NCBI GenBank assembly: GCA_951406725.2
Contig: OX597814.1
Coordinates: 180,978,001-181,042,000 of the forward strand
Direction of reading: 5' to 3'
Length of the DNA: 64,000 bases
Source of the DNA: Octopus vulgaris
Taxonomy: Eukaryota
Of this stretch, positions 1 to 15,037 are shown one piece after another. The position numbers were made by a program, and so were the translations under genes. Under the pieces are notes generated by a model. The model was not told the origin of the DNA, made no database searches, and saw only the letters and a list, made by a program, of their open reading frames with translations. Each line of letters opens with the position of its first letter. Positions within the stretch are counted from its first letter, which is position 1.

Positions 1-1087
1 CAAGCATGATATATCACCAATTAGTATTATTGATGAGTTAAAATTTATTCATTACTTGAATGCAGTAAAAATAGATAGATAAAATTTTTTTTAAATAAAA
101 TAAATTTATCTGCAACTTTAGCTTGTGTATAAATACTTTGATTTGTACATTTAATGGTGCAACAGTGTAAAACATCTGAGACCTGACCAGCTATTTTCAT
201 TAAAGGTTAGTTGAATATTGTGCTTGATGATCACTACTACTGCTATATCAACATCAATATAGTTAGTGCTAATATTCCTGCTACATGCAACCAGAAAAAA
301 GTTTATTGATCTTTCTACCACTGCTGTTATTACAACAGCTGCTACTGCTACTACCACTTCTATTGGTACTCTTGTGTGAAATAATATTTAGTTGTCTCTA
401 AGCTCTGGTATATTAGTTTTTAGGTCAGCATTCTCTTTTACTATGCTGAGTCTATACAGTATAATAACCAGTAACAGCTATTATACTTTCTATAATATCT
501 AGTTCTGATGGCATACTATGATAGGGAGAAGAAATATCATCCTTTGAAGATACATCTTGAAAAATATGATAAAAATCATTTCAACATGTCTTTTTCTAAA
601 TGCACTTTTCCTGATTATTTTTATCATAAAGAAATAATTTGAAAATAATATAAATCATTTTCAAATATTATCATCCCCACCTTTCTCTTGATGCTTCTCA
701 TTCTATAGTTCATTCTTGTTGTTCCTTCAAGTAATAATTACCATTATAATAGATTTTACCAGGTGCTTTTTATCAATTCAGTTAAGCTGGCAGTAATTAT
801 TGAGAGAAATCTTTTCTGGACATTCTGAATAACCTTGTGTCTTGAGTTTCAATTATTATCTTGTGGAAAATAACTATTGTTATTTTTTCTTTTTCTTTTT
901 TTTATTTTAATTTCTTGTCACAATGCAGTCTGATGATTGAAGCCATAATTGTGACAGTTTAGTGTGTTAATAAACTCACTGAAATTCAAGAAAAAAATTG
1001 TTTGTCTCTTTTTTTATATAATTTATTAAATAATTATTTTATTATGTAAGAAACTATTATTATTGTTGATGCTATTTTCATTATTTT

Positions 1088-1246
1088 ATGTTCTGAGTTC
1101 AAATTCTGTCGAGGTTGACTTTGCCTTTCATCCTTTTGTAGTTAATAAAATAAGTACCAATTGAGCACTAGGATTGATGTAACTGACTTACCCATTCCCC
1201 AAAATTTCTGGCCTTGTGCCTTTAGTAGAAAGGATCATTATTATTA
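1088..1246 (+). mobile_element. tRNA-derived SINE fragment (family with gactttgcctttcatcc central domain, Meta-SINE-like)
   Basis: gttctgagttcaaattc (B-box-like) ... gactttgcctttcatcc ... aagtacca ... ggccttgtgcc ... tagaaagga(tta)n tail; same family as 30666-30878 and 49425-49610. Confidence 0.8.
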
Positions 1247-4200
1247 TTCAGCTGCTATATCTAGTAATTATATCATAGAGAGGGGAAATATTCTATATTT
1301 CAGTAATGTAGTCTTTCCTGCAGTTAACATAGAATACATTTTTATCAAGTTACCCATTCCCATCACATGACTATATCATATCAGTTTTCTATTTAGCTTG
1401 TAACCTCTTTTAATTCCCAGCTGCTTTCTTAGTTTACCTGAATACAGTCTATCCTTTTTAATTTAGCATGCACAGCCAAAAAATTTCAGTCCACATGCCA
1501 CTATATCAAATTCTTTAGTAAATAAAATGCCACTTTTTTAGAAATTCTTTAGTAAATAAAATAAACAGAATATCTTTGTAAATTATTCCCAACCATCAAA
1601 AATTAATAATTATGTTACTATAAATGCAACTAGCAGCAATAATTAGGTCATCTAAATCAATGAACCTATTTGATTTGCTTTTGCTATTTTATGGGCTTCT
1701 GTTGTAAATTATAGATTTATACTTTTAGTCTTTTGATCACTAGTCCCATTATGGAGAATCAATTCTATTCTTTTAAAAAAGCAAAGCAAGGTGATTCTCT
1801 TACTCTCTTTCTTTGTTTTAAACTATATCTAGCTCATCGTAATTAGTACATATCTTAACTGTAGACCTTTACAATAGTTGTTGAACTTGTGGTCCATTCA
1901 TAAATATTCCATGACAAATATAACTTTTCAGGTACCAAAATGTTAAAGGGAATTAGAATTGATATATGTATCATAACTTTAGCTGGACTACTACAACAGC
2001 TTTTATTTCATACTGTACATTGACTAATGAATATGCTTAATAAAACAAATACTTCTTGGAAACCTTGAGAGAGCAACTAAGTTTGCTAAAGTTTTGGTGC
2101 CATGGCCCCAATTAAATGGTATTTTTTTACTGTTTCATCTCCACTTCATCTTCAGCATTAAACAATTTGAGATTACAGAATGAGATTACAGTACTTTTTT
2201 TATATTATTTTTACACTGATCAATAATGTGCTAGGCTAACATCTTAGATGTAAAAAATCAATAAGTATTCATAACTTCAGATCATTTTTTAATTTTTATT
2301 GTCATTTGTAAAAGATAGTACTATAAATATGTTAATCATAACTCTTTAAAAGCCATATGGATTTGTTTTAGTATTCAAAGTATTACTATTTTAATCCTAT
2401 ACTTTATTTCAGTAATGCATTTCAAAGATTCTCAATATATAATATATATTTATAAATATATATATACACACACACACACATTGTGTATGAGAAATAAAAA
2501 GAAAAATTTACGTCCATGGTTTATGTATAATGTTGAGTTAGAGAAAATACAGTTAAATAGGAATGGCACATTAAAAAAAAGTACTAAGGGAAACAACTCA
2601 CACTTATATTGACCAAATTTATGGCTTGGGTCCATTTCGGTTATTTCCTTCAGTTCATATTTCAAATACTAGCTAAAAATTTGTAACTCTTTCATTGTTT
2701 TCACATTCATTTATTTCATGATAACATAAGTTTGACAAAACTTAAGGGAGCATTCTATAGTGAGATTCCCTTGATGACATTTGCATTCAAATAAGGTACT
2801 GTATTCCATGACTTCATGCAACCTGCTGAGCTAATAGACTACTAGCTAAACAGTCTCATCATCACTAACTAAACTATGTGAAGACAGATACAAAACATAT
2901 TCACACAGCCTCATTCATGCACACTAACACACATTTGATGGGTCTTGTACAGTTTGTAGCTACCTAATTTTGTTTGCACACCATTGACCAACCTGAGGCT
3001 ATAGTAGTAATTGCTTGCTTAAGGTACCATGTAGCAGGCTTTGAGTTCAGCCCCACTGCATGGTACCTTAGGCAGAGTAGACTCATGATGCACAGTGTAA
3101 TCCAGATGGACCACCAGCAGTCCAAACCATAGTTTTGGTGGACTATGGTGAGTTATATAGCCTGTTGAGTTACATAAGTAGTTAGAAGTAAATTTATATT
3201 TAGTGGTCCATGTTTTCCTCATGAATTTTGTGGGGCACCTTCAGGAAAGGTAGTGCATCACAGAAGCAGACTCTGTGATGTTAATGAGATCTAGTAGGCC
3301 AAAACATATAGATTGTTGTCTCATGCTTGCAAGGATAACAATTTCCCCTTAGTAGTTAAACTGTGTTTTAAAGGATTCATTTTTGATTTCCAGAATTTAT
3401 CTCCCCTTTTTTTTGTGAGTTGAATTATAATTACCATTAGTTCTCTCTCTCTCAGAAATTTTGATTAAAATAGCTGCTATGAAGAATGCAGCATGTTTGA
3501 GTTTTTTGAGTATCAATGACTCTGGAGCTTACATATTTTTTAACCTTAAAGAATTTGCACTTCCTTTGACTATTAAGTTATGTAGTTTCCAGGAAAATTT
3601 ACTAATATAGCACAAGTAGAATTCTAAAATTTAGTTTACTGACTTTCATTTTGGATATAATGAAGAGAAAAATTAACCAAAAAGAAAAAAATAGTTATTG
3701 TTGTTCTTTTTTAAATTTTGTTACTTTTCCGCTTAAAATTTATTACATCCTTAGATCTCAACTGGAAAATTTATGCAATCAACTAAGTAGAGTTAGTGTG
3801 AGTTTTCAGTGGATTAAGAATAATAATATAAAACGTGGAAGAATAAAGAGATGTATTTTCAGCATATAAGCAATGGTGATTACAGAAAAAGTGTAAAGAA
3901 AATAGAGAAATATTTTTCTCCCTGGAGTACCTTTTGGGATTGGTGCCAAATATGACACCATTGACATACATAAATGAATCAGCTCATGAAAAAGCTGCCA
4001 ATTCAAGATATGGGAGATATGAGGTTGGTTGAAGATTAGTAAAAATGTTAGACATGACAGTAATCCAATCATAATTTGTAGTCTTATGGCTGGTACAAAT
4101 ATAAATGCTAGAATATTGGACCAAATATTTTGTGGTTTCTTATTATTATTCCTTTAAAATTTGAGATCAGGTTCCACTTGCGTCCACTTTTTTTCTCATT

Positions 4201-7200
4201 CTTCCGAAGTCAATAATGTAAATCTTGGCATTGTTAGAATTAACTATACCTTAAAAGATATTGTACCAGGTTTGCTACACTCCAATGTCTTGAAAGCAGA
4301 AAAGGGAAATTAAGAACCATACAGTCAGGGCATGGCCCCAGAAGATTATTAAAGAATATGTTGATTAAAACATAGTATAGACAGACATGCAGTTAACAGT
4401 GCATCTTACTCATCTCAGAAGTACAGCCATTTAATTATTTTTTTTAAACAGCAATCATGATACAACTACTTGGTTCCTTAGGCTTGGCATTAGAAAGAGC
4501 ATCCAGCTGTAGAAACCATGCCAAAGCAGACACTGAAACACAATGCAGTCTTTGGACCTGTCAGATCATGGAATTTAAATGATGATAATGATGTAAATGA
4601 TATTTAACTTATTCAAATTTGAAGTGATTTTCAATATTTATAAAAATAACTGAGTTATTTAAACTAATCATTATTCTCCCCCCCCTCTCTCACCTTAGTT
4701 TCATGGATCTAAATTCATGTTTCCATGCAACCTAAGTTGAAATTGTTTTACAGGCTCTTCTTAATGCCAAACCATGACCTTTAAACCAGAAGGTTACTCA
4801 CATTTAACTAGATTATTTGAAGAAAGTAGATTAATGTTCCTTGCTTAAGACAACAATGTGAATTTTAATCTTTATATATCTGTCTCCGTCAGATTATTCA
4901 GCACTTCAATTACATGGCAATTTTTATTTGGTTTCATAGCCTCTATACAGCAATGAATTTTCTAATTCAATTACCCGCCTCAAAAACTGAAATTTGACTT
5001 GTGTATGAATACTGATTGCATTCAATAAATCTTTTTTCTGCCATTCACTCCATATATGAAAGATCTTGTCAATTCATATAAAAGTATATGCCATACACCA
5101 GATAATAATCCTTTATTTTTAAGTTGTCAACGTTCCCTATTGATATGTGGCATCATTGATACTATCATATTGTAAAGCTGTTTTTGCACTACTTCTACAA
5201 TAAATGAGTATGTTAATGAATTATGCAGTTGAATTATAACTATAATTCTCAGTTGGTTTCTTTTATATTTTGTCATTCTCCACAATCCCCTGTGATATTT
5301 TTTTCAAGTAAAATGTTTTCCTCTATTGTGGCTGCAGAAGTAGAAGATTTCCAATATCATTCATTGTGTTTTATGTAAAAGGAAATTTAATCACTTTTAC
5401 AATTCTATCTGAAAAGAAAGGGCATTCTCTTAATATCTCAGAGATCCCTTTTCAGCCAGAAGGGTTGGAAAATGTGTGAAACTGGTGCTTGAAGAATGTG
5501 AATGTTATTTTATTGTAAACAAAACACGGGCAAGATAACAGTTCTTTAAAATTAATGGTTTTGTCTTTTGTGTGAAGTTTAAGAAGAAAAGCTTGGGATA
5601 ATTGGAAATATGTATGCAATGGGTGGCAAAATCTGAAGATCAGAATAAATTATAATAGCAACAGAAGATGCAGCTTGCTTTTGGCCATGGACTGAAAGTT
5701 TGATAAAAGAAATTTAGCCTCTTTTTAAAGCACACAAGAACATTAGTATACATTAATATCTAAAATGTGCTCCTCCCTTGAATTATCAGGTCAACAATGA
5801 CACCTGATGACAAGCAGTGTGCTTGTCAGAGAATTTTCTCAGAAGAATACAAAGGTGGTTCCCTCACCTTATCTCCTCATTGCTTCTTTCAGTTTTTATT
5901 ACTAGACACAATTTTATAAGCAATAGTTAATTTTGCAAGAGAAGAGAGAAAGAAAGAGTGAGTTATCAATCCCAGAACTTGATTGGCCCTATTTATTGAC
6001 CCCAAAATGCAAAGATGACTGTGATGAAATTCATACTCAGAGAGCTACAATAAATACTGCAGGGCATTCTATCTAACATTGTAATAACTCAACCAAATTA
6101 CTGTTTTCTGTAAAATGTGCCATACAAGAAAAGCTTCTGAAGTTGTGGCATAATTGATGTTAATTCTTGACAAGAATAGGAAATTTGTGAGAGAATTCAC
6201 AGGCAATGTTGAGTTGCAGCATGTGTAATGATAAGTGATGAAGATGTTTGTGCATGTAGAGGTGGGAGATGAACTTATGCAGCAACAAGATTTGCCTTTT
6301 GACCTTGTATACTTGCAGGTTTTCAGATTTGAAAAGATCTAGTGAAAATGGAATATCAAGTACGAACTATTAAGATGAATAATATGCAGTATATTTGAGT
6401 GAAAGGATTTTTTTTTTCTGTAGTTAATCGGAAGAGGAGGATCTCCCAGGCTAATGGAATCAATTCAGTTGATGTTTAGTTTGAACCTCTGTAGGTCAAT
6501 ATCTGCAGAAAAAGATTTTAACAGGAAGGCAAATCCTAGAAGGATATAAGCACTGTTAAAGAATGGCTAGACATAATACTGAGTGCAAGATCCTGGGGTG
6601 TTAGTGAAACTCAGCAGGGGTGATAAGCTGAGGTTTATTAAGTGATCCTGTGCAGTGGCGGTATGCATATTGTAGTAATATTCTAGTACAGAGGAGAAGA
6701 AAAGGCTATTGCCATAGCATTAGAGGATGCAGCAGAAATAATAATAATATTTGTAGGTGAGTGGTTATAACATGAGTTAATAGATCTTTGCTAATCTTCC
6801 AAATTACCATCAATTAGATCAACCCCAGTATTGACCCCAACCTTGGCGGACTTTGATCACAGAACATGAAGACAGACAAAATATTGCTAAGCATTTTTCC
6901 CAGCTTGCCGCCTTTAGAAGTATAAATTATTGTAATAGCTATGAGAATGAGAAGACTGAATGAGCATCCATGATATCCATAAAACCAGGGAAGATGAAGG
7001 GTTTTGTAAGAATGTCCTATTGGCTAGTGAATTTGGAAAAGGTAGAAAAATGTCTCCATTGTTTTAGTTAAATGAAAGCTTCATACATTTCAAACACCAG
7101 CTTGAAAATATAAAGATTAGATAATTGATTAAATCCCTCAAGATTCTTGATTATTTCAAAGTTAATTGAACTCATAAACTGTATATTTCTTTAGAAATAT

Positions 7201-7491
7201 GGTTTTGAATGAGTTAAATGCCACTTCAAAAAAGTGCTTATGAGAATCCAGTACCACTAGATAAAATTGTGAAAAGAATTTTAAAAAGATGTTAACAGTA
7301 ACTACTCTTTTTAAGTATTTCATTTATAAGATTCAGCCTCATTCTACATTTTCATAAATTGAAAATCCTTTTGGTTTTTGGTTTTTTTTATAGTATTTCC
7401 CTATTTAATTATGCATTAAAATGTATAAGATTCATTTCTCTCTTTTACTTTTTTTACTGTATTTCATGCTTTTTTTAATTTTATTTTGTAG

Positions 7492-7616
7492 TCTGCGGTG
7501 ATATTCATGGACAGTTTTATGACTTAATGAAGTTATTTGAAGTTGGAGGACCACCAGCTACAACGCGTTACCTCTTTTTAGGAGACTATGTTGACAGAGG
7601 ATATTTTAGCATAGAG
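7492..7616 (+). CDS. PPP3CA: Calcineurin A (PP2B catalytic subunit) internal exon, equivalent to vertebrate exon 3: (V)[41 protein letters not shown]
   Basis: PPP-family motifs GDIHG and GDYVDRG; polypyrimidine tract then tag|TC acceptor; GAG|gtatgt donor; 125 nt, phase 1 to 0. The symbol denotes the PPP3CA/B/C co-orthologue. Confidence 0.98.
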
Positions 7617-8759
7617 GTATGTCTCACCTTATTTTTATTGTGTAATCAAATTAGCCAATATGATACAACTTTTTGTTTTACTTACATAATTTTAGTAAAT
7701 GTATTCTCAACAGAATGCCAACTTGTTTTACTCAATGCCAGTTGTTCAACTATTTATTTTGCAGCAAAGTTTTTTTTTAATATCTATTTTATAAAATAAG
7801 AAAATTTATAGTATTTTGTGAAGTATGTCTGCATTTAAAAAAAAGATTTATTTCATATGAAATGTTTACCATCATCATTTTACAACCAATTTTCTTGCTC
7901 ACTTGGATTAGACAGGTTATTATGACTCTAATCAGTTCTTATTTGGAGTTACTGCACTTCTAGATGGATTGAAGACTATGCCTTGCTCTTAAGTTCTATT
8001 TTGGCATCGTCTCTACAACTGGATGCTCTTCTTAAGACCAGTCACTCTACAGAGTGCATTGGGTGAATGTTATAACAACATCACTAGAGAGGTTGTCTTG
8101 TCCTCGGAATATTAAAGACACCTCTCAACTGTACATTGTTGCAATTTATTTGCCAACAATTTGCACCAGTACTACTGAGGTTGCCTTGTACTGTGCAAGA
8201 CTAAAATATCCTCACTACTCTGTTATCTCTGTTTGTTCGTGGTGATTAACTAAGAGTGTGATGAGAGAAAAGGAACTAGAGTAAGACAATGAAAGAGGAA
8301 AGAGTATAATATGAGAAGCAGTGTTTGGAGCAACATGGTAAAGGAGGAAGTAATAAAAGAGAGAGAGAGTGATGACAGCTATATGATTCTTGCTAAGAGA
8401 GAGAGAGCCGATTGTTGAATAGTAATAGCGATGAGCAATAGCAAAAGATAGTGATGATTAACAGTACATAAGGGTAATGTAGGTGTATGAAATATGGATA
8501 GATCTGATGCAATCCCTTATTACACAGGTGTCATGATGGGAGAGTAGTCATAAAGATGGCTGGAGAAATGGAATTGAATAAGGATAGGTCCAATGCCATC
8601 CTTTATTCCACAGACTATATATTACAGTGAATAGAAGGGAGATTGAGTGCTATATTAAAGATTATCAAAGAGAAAGGTAGTAGATAGCGACTTAGCAGGA
8701 ATATAATGGGTGAAAGAGCTAAATGTAAATATATTAGACTTCCTATCTTTCACCTCTTT

Positions 8760-8908
8760 ACATTCTGAGGTCAAATCTCACTGGGATCAACTTTACCTTT
8801 CATCCCTCTTGGGTAAATAAATACTTGTCAGATATTGGGGTCAGTGGTATCAGCTAACCCTATTCCTTTCAAATTTGTTGGCCTAGTGCCCAAATCAGAA
8901 ATTATTAT
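8760..8908 (+). mobile_element. Degenerate Meta-SINE-like fragment
   Basis: ctttacctttcatcc ... ggggtcagt ... ggcctagtgcc ... (att)n tail. Confidence 0.65.
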
Positions 8909-9169
8909 TGTTATCATTACCACCATCGTCATAGTTTGATATATTAAACACTGAACAAATTTTGGACTAAACACATTAAAAACAGAAAATGGAATCAATA
9001 GATGGAGATTTGGCTACAGTGAAGCTGACGTCCAGTTCTCTCTTGTTTTGATAAAAACATGTTATAGAATAAAGTGATGAAAATTACAGGAGGCCCCACA
9101 ATACACATGAATTATTAATTTTTATACATTTGTATTGTTGCAGTTAGCACTATACCATTTAATGTCAGA

Positions 9170-9670
9170 TTTAGGCAAACATGTACTTATTGTTTGTACA
9201 TGCATTTGTGTTCATATACATTTATACTTCAGTGTATACATAGAACCATACATATACGCATGCATACTAACATACATATATGGACACAAACACATTCTAG
9301 TATGCACACATACTATCATTCCCGTGCATCCATATCAAGAACTCATATACAAATCTATGCTAACATGGAAACTATTTACATGTGTACACCTAGTCACATT
9401 TATTTTTATGCATGCATGCATGCCCTTAAGTATGAATACAAGCAGTTATACATACCAAAACATACACACACACACACACTTCAATCTAGGCATGTTCATG
9501 ATCTGAATGTGTGTGTCTCTCTCTCTCACACACACACATACACACACACACTCACGAATATATGTATATTTAAATAAGCATTCTATTTGCATACAACTCT
9601 CTAACTACGCAGATGAAGGGTTCTGCTACTTACATGTACATGCACACACATCTACACACACATACACAGA
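9170..9670. repeat. Degenerate (CA)/(TACA) microsatellite-derived region
   Basis: Repeated acac/tacat runs; these explain the H/T/I/Y-rich overlapping ORFs at 9135 and 9194. Confidence 0.75.
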
Positions 9671-11616
9671 TTTCTAAAACAATAAACAAACAGTAATCCA
9701 GTTCTTTTATTGTCCTTATGGGAAGCAGCCAGTAGATGTGTAATCTGATATATAAAAGCTGTTGAAAGTTAGAGTAATAGTTTTTAAGTAAAGGAATACT
9801 AGCTATATATTTAAGGTACTATGAAGGATTCTTATTTTGGTAAAAGTGTCAGAGACACCCTACTATCAAGCCCTACTATTCCATATATTACATATGGGTA
9901 CGAGTGAGTGTGTGTATTGATAGATAGTCTCTTAATTACTACCACTGTTAAAAAACATTTTGTGTAGGTGTTTTGGCATGAAACCTCAAATTTATAAGCA
10001 AGAGGAATTTGGTATGTGTGACATCTATACTTTTCCTGGTAGCTTTAGTGATGCAAAGAATTCTGTTGCATGTATTTGGTGCAGTTAGTCTAGTTCATGC
10101 TTTGCTCACATTTTTTTTTTCTGCAGATATTGATTTGCTAAAATTGATATCAGCCTTGCCTCTCTAGGAAGGCATGCAGTAGTGATGACCACTGTTCCTC
10201 TTTTGCTGACTAATAAAAAAAAAAATGAAATATATCCAGTTTTACTGCACTATTACATCCACTGTTTGTGTTTATGAGAAAAATATTATTAAGCTAGTGG
10301 AGTATCAGATAGGATACAATATCTGTGTTCTGATTTCAGATGCCACCAATCAGTAAGATAAGTAGTACTAGTCTTGTATAAGTACTTGTTTCTTGTAATT
10401 TATTATGAAAGAGCTGGCAGCTAGTTTATCTAAAACTTTATCAACCATAGTTGATACTTGAATGTATTTTATTATTAATCGCACCTGATTTTGTTGACAT
10501 TTTCAAGTTTTAAGTTCTTTCACCTTGAGATATATGATAGATGATACATCATTACCAATTTTTATCTATTTTATTCCCAAATCATATTTTGAAGTGCTTT
10601 CTTTTGACTTTGTAGATAAGGTGCCAAAGTTCTGACTGATGGACAGCATACTGAACTCTTAGTTTTATTATCTTAATGTTTAATTTCTGTAGTTTTTCAA
10701 TCAGGTTGTTGCAAAACACTTGAATCACAACTTATAGTACTGTGAGATGTTCCTCAGCCAGTTATATGGTTTAAATTTTGAAAGGTATTTGCTATTACCA
10801 TAATTATCTGTTATCTCTAAAGTCATTTATTTTACTGACTTCTAAGTGTTAAAAATCACTGCATTATTGGAAATTGAGTAGATATAAAACCTGAATATCT
10901 AAGTTCTGTGTTGGCTGTTGTTGTGTACCATCAAGTAAGGCACATTATTTACCTCAGTTAACCTAGCTATAAAAAAAAAAAGCAGCCACTTCCACTTAAG
11001 ACTGAATCATTAAATCACTTGCCATGATGCTTCTAATTATTATATAGCAGGTCTTCTCTTAATATTTGATTATTTATTGAGAAGTGTGACTTTAAGTGCA
11101 ATGGCATAAAGCAAAACCACTTTTACTATTCATACTTATTTTATGATTTAAGTATTGTCATACCTTAAAGGAGATACATCTCCACAAAATATATAGTAGA
11201 CATGGTGTACCTAAGTGTCAACTGTGAAATAAAAGAAGTTAGATTATTATTATCATTATTCATCATTGTTTATATGTTTGTAATTGTTTATATACTTTTA
11301 AAATGATCCAAAGATTGTTCTATTACATAATTGCTTACTAAGCCTTGGTCTATAAAAGTAGAGAATCCAGAATCCAGGTCACCTCCAATCATAAGCTTGC
11401 CTGTAGCACTTGCTGAATGCTCTCATGCCGCATTGTTTATTGTGGTGTATTTATAGGATTATCATACAGTTTACAAATTTTTGTTTTAGTGTTTAGTTTT
11501 ATTTTATTTCTCATCAATGTTATGATGATGATGATGATGATGTCTTAACAAAACATTGCATGAAAACCTACTGTATTTATATTTGGTTACCTTTCTGTCA
11601 TACTGGTTTGAAAAAC

Positions 11617-11647
<31 letters not shown>

Positions 11648-14600
11648 CATAAGCATTAAAAGCAAAACTTATGTGTGCTTGTGTTTGTGTGTGTATTCTC
11701 GCTTAAGTATTTTAACCATTTTACAATAACATATTTTAATTAAAATATACGTTTATGTAACCTTTAAAACTATTAAATTGGTATAGATGAAATTTGATAA
11801 TTGTTTGTAAACCTGTCTGATTAGTTGTTAGACATTGTGACTAGTAGCATAATCTTGTTCTATAATAACTGCCATTTCATGTTATTGGAACATCCATTAT
11901 GCCTAGACGAATGCATTATATCATTATATCTCATTTTCATAAGTAGTCTATTTTGGGTTTACTCTGAGTTCTGACTGCAATTAAGTGAAGACAAAGAAGG
12001 GTTAAATTTATTTTATCATTGCTCTTTAACCCGAGATCATTCCTGATTAAATCAAGAGCATTCCAGATTTAGGTATCATGTCTTTCTTGGTGAAGGGGTA
12101 TAAGGCATATGGGACTAGATTAGCTAAAGTTCCTTTTTTTTTTAAGACAAGAGTGCTATAATCTCAGGAAAATTTGGTTACTGTTTCTCACTGGTTGAGC
12201 AACCATGTAGAGGTTTCCTGATGCTGTTGCCAAGAATGTAACACAGGTGAACCCAAAGAGATTCTTTGATGACATGATGGCATTAATAATAATAAAATTC
12301 TCTTCAAGCAGTTATCAATGGCCAAATTCTCCGTGGAACTTTCAAATCTGAGCCAATTCATATTGAAGCCATTCCACCACATAAACTTGAGTTGCAACAT
12401 TGAACTTTTATTGGGGAAACCACAACAACAACACAAAGTGTCATTACATGACCATGTCATTATAGGTATGAGTATGTGAAGGAAAGAAATTAGATAATGA
12501 AAGCTATGTGAAATCATGTCTAATTAGTATACTAATTGATTAATATAAAGAGGCAAATGGATCTCTTCTTCAGTAGAGTGATTAAAATCATACCATGATG
12601 TGGGAAAAGCAATAGAAACTAAGGTATCAGACTATTGACACACACACTCATTGGAGCCATAGTGTTAGTTTTCTAATTTCTTTCATCAAGTAGGTTTGAT
12701 AAGAAGTACCATACCTAGCAGAAAGGCATACAGTGCATTTTAAAGTCACTCATACATGCATTCACTCATTGCTCATTTGATAAAAAGATAACATTCATTA
12801 GCTAAAAATAATGCTTCTCCTTTGTATAAAAATCAAATGTTCCTTCCTAGAATAAAGCTTCTTGAAATTTAAAGCTAGGCTCAACAAATTTCATATTGTT
12901 ATTTTAAAATTTCTGCTCAAAATTACATTTTTTTAAAAACATTATTGTGTGTGTGAATTAACATAAATTAACAACCTGCAGCTGTTATTTGACTACAATA
13001 TAAAAATTCAATAGTAACACTGGATTTAATTTGGCACACCTTCAAAGATAATATATGTTGTTTTTGCCTCCTCAGCACTTCATAGTTCTCAGTTTTGTGA
13101 TAGGTTTAATCTCATTTGTTAGTGTAATGATCTGAATGTTTTTTAATAAACTTACTGATCATATAGTATCTTAAAAGGCTTTCATTGAATATTTTATTTT
13201 AATTATTTGTTTTTAACGGTGCTCAAACATGACCACAGCTTTGAAGCTGAAACGATTTAAAGATATAAGGATTTAACTGGAACTAATCAAATGATAATGG
13301 ACTTACTGGTAATAAAGTTAAAAACTGAAGAATATAAACTTTTGATTACTGTTTCAGCAATCATATTTGTGTTGAACAAAATTATGATTATACATTTCTT
13401 GAGACATTCAGGCTTTAATATGGATTTTTTAAAGCCTTAAATTATATTTTTAAAAATCCATGGTGCACCTAGATACCTCTTGCAACACACCTTTTGAGAA
13501 CCACTAAATTAAAGTGATAGTTTGACCACATAACTGTGAGTTCAGACCTTATTACAGTTATTCAATTATGGCCATTAACAATACACATATCTTTCCTTAC
13601 TTCAATTTGTCTCTAGAAAACACATTCAACTATAGCTTCTCAGTTAAGTGAATAGCAGTATGATTGCTATCCAGTTGTAAAAACAATTCTCATACATTCA
13701 AATTTGTGAGAACTATGTCAACCATTGTTGCAGTAAAAGAGAGGATGATACATCTGATCTTCTTCATGCCATGAAATTAAAGCTATACTGTAGTCCTTAA
13801 TAACAAACTCGTACCTGGAGCTTAGCAGCCAAAATCTTTAATCAGACAAACTCTAATATGATTATTTCTTTCATCAGTCCTCATTTCCTTGTGAAAATTA
13901 ATTATTTAACATGTTACTCAGTCAAGTTTCTGTAATTTTAAATCAAAACAGTTTCTCAATGTTTTAAGTTTCTTATAGTATTTGTAGTGATCAAATTTAT
14001 GAATAAATGTTGCTGCTACTGCTACACATATTGATTAATATTATCCATATCACCTGACTTCATTTTGCAGCAGTGTTTTCACATTATCATTGTTTGCTTT
14101 GCTTCCAACTGAAGCTAGTTCAAAATGACTTTGTTATAGCTTTAGAAAATAGAAAAAAAAAAGGAGAGCTTAGAAATATTTTTCTTATAAAGGGTTGAAT
14201 AATTATTTCTAAATTAAGCATAATGCTACACATTTGTGAGGAAAGAACAGTTTATTAAATCAGCTCTAATACTTGACAATAGTTTATCAATTCTGGAAAG
14301 ATGAATAATATCAATCTCGGTACATTCATTATTCATTATGCAATGTATCATAATTAAAGTATGTGGTATTTGTTTAGCAATCCTCTAATTCTACTAATCC
14401 ACTATCCTAAATCAGTTTAAACACAGTCAGTAATGAGAAACTAATCCAATGGTATGACAGAGGTAAAGTGTTTTACTTTGTAAATGAGTGAAATGTTGCA
14501 AACACATCGATCAAGAATTGTTACACATTAAATATGACATTCAGTACCCCTCCTCTGGGTGTATTGAAACCAACTGGATGCAGGAGCAGTTAATAGAAAT

Positions 14601-14686
14601 GAGAAATAGAAACAATGAAAAGAAATTTTGCATTTTTAATTTCTACCAACAAAACATTCCTACACACTTTACTTTTCTATTCAGTG

Positions 14687-14991
14687 ACATGGCTCTGTGG
14701 TTAAAAAGTTCACTTTGCAACCGTGTGCTTTCAAGTTCAATCCCACTGAATATTCAGCAAGTGCCTTCTGCTATAACCTTGAGTTCACCAATACATTATG
14801 AGTAAAATTTGGTAGACAGAAACTATACAGATGCTCACTTTATATATATATATATAGGTGTTAGGAAGGGCATCCAGCCGTAGAAACACTGCCAGATCAG
14901 ACTGGGCCTGATGCGGCCTTCCGGCTTCACAGACCCCAGTTGAACCGTCCAACCCATGCTAGCATGAAAAGCGGATGCTAAATGATGATGA

Positions 14992-15035
<44 letters not shown>
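14687..15035 (+). mobile_element. Composite of a CORE-type SINE fragment, an RTE-tailed SINE 3' end with (GAT)n tail, and (TA)n
   Basis: ggctctgtggttaa...gttcaatcccactg...tttggtagacagaaact, then gttaggaagggcatccagccgtagaaac...caacccatgctagcatg...gatgatgat. Confidence 0.8.

Positions 15036-15037
<2 letters not shown>

Noticed and set aside
5804-5830. CTGATGA followed by the hairpin TGACAAGCA-gtg-TGCTTGTCA, resembling a hammerhead start
   Set aside because: No GAAA follows the stem and there is no stem I/III arrangement; treated as a simple hairpin.
9135-9577. Overlapping 123-aa and 127-aa ORFs
   Set aside because: H/T/I/Y-rich translations of degenerate CA/TA microsatellite DNA.
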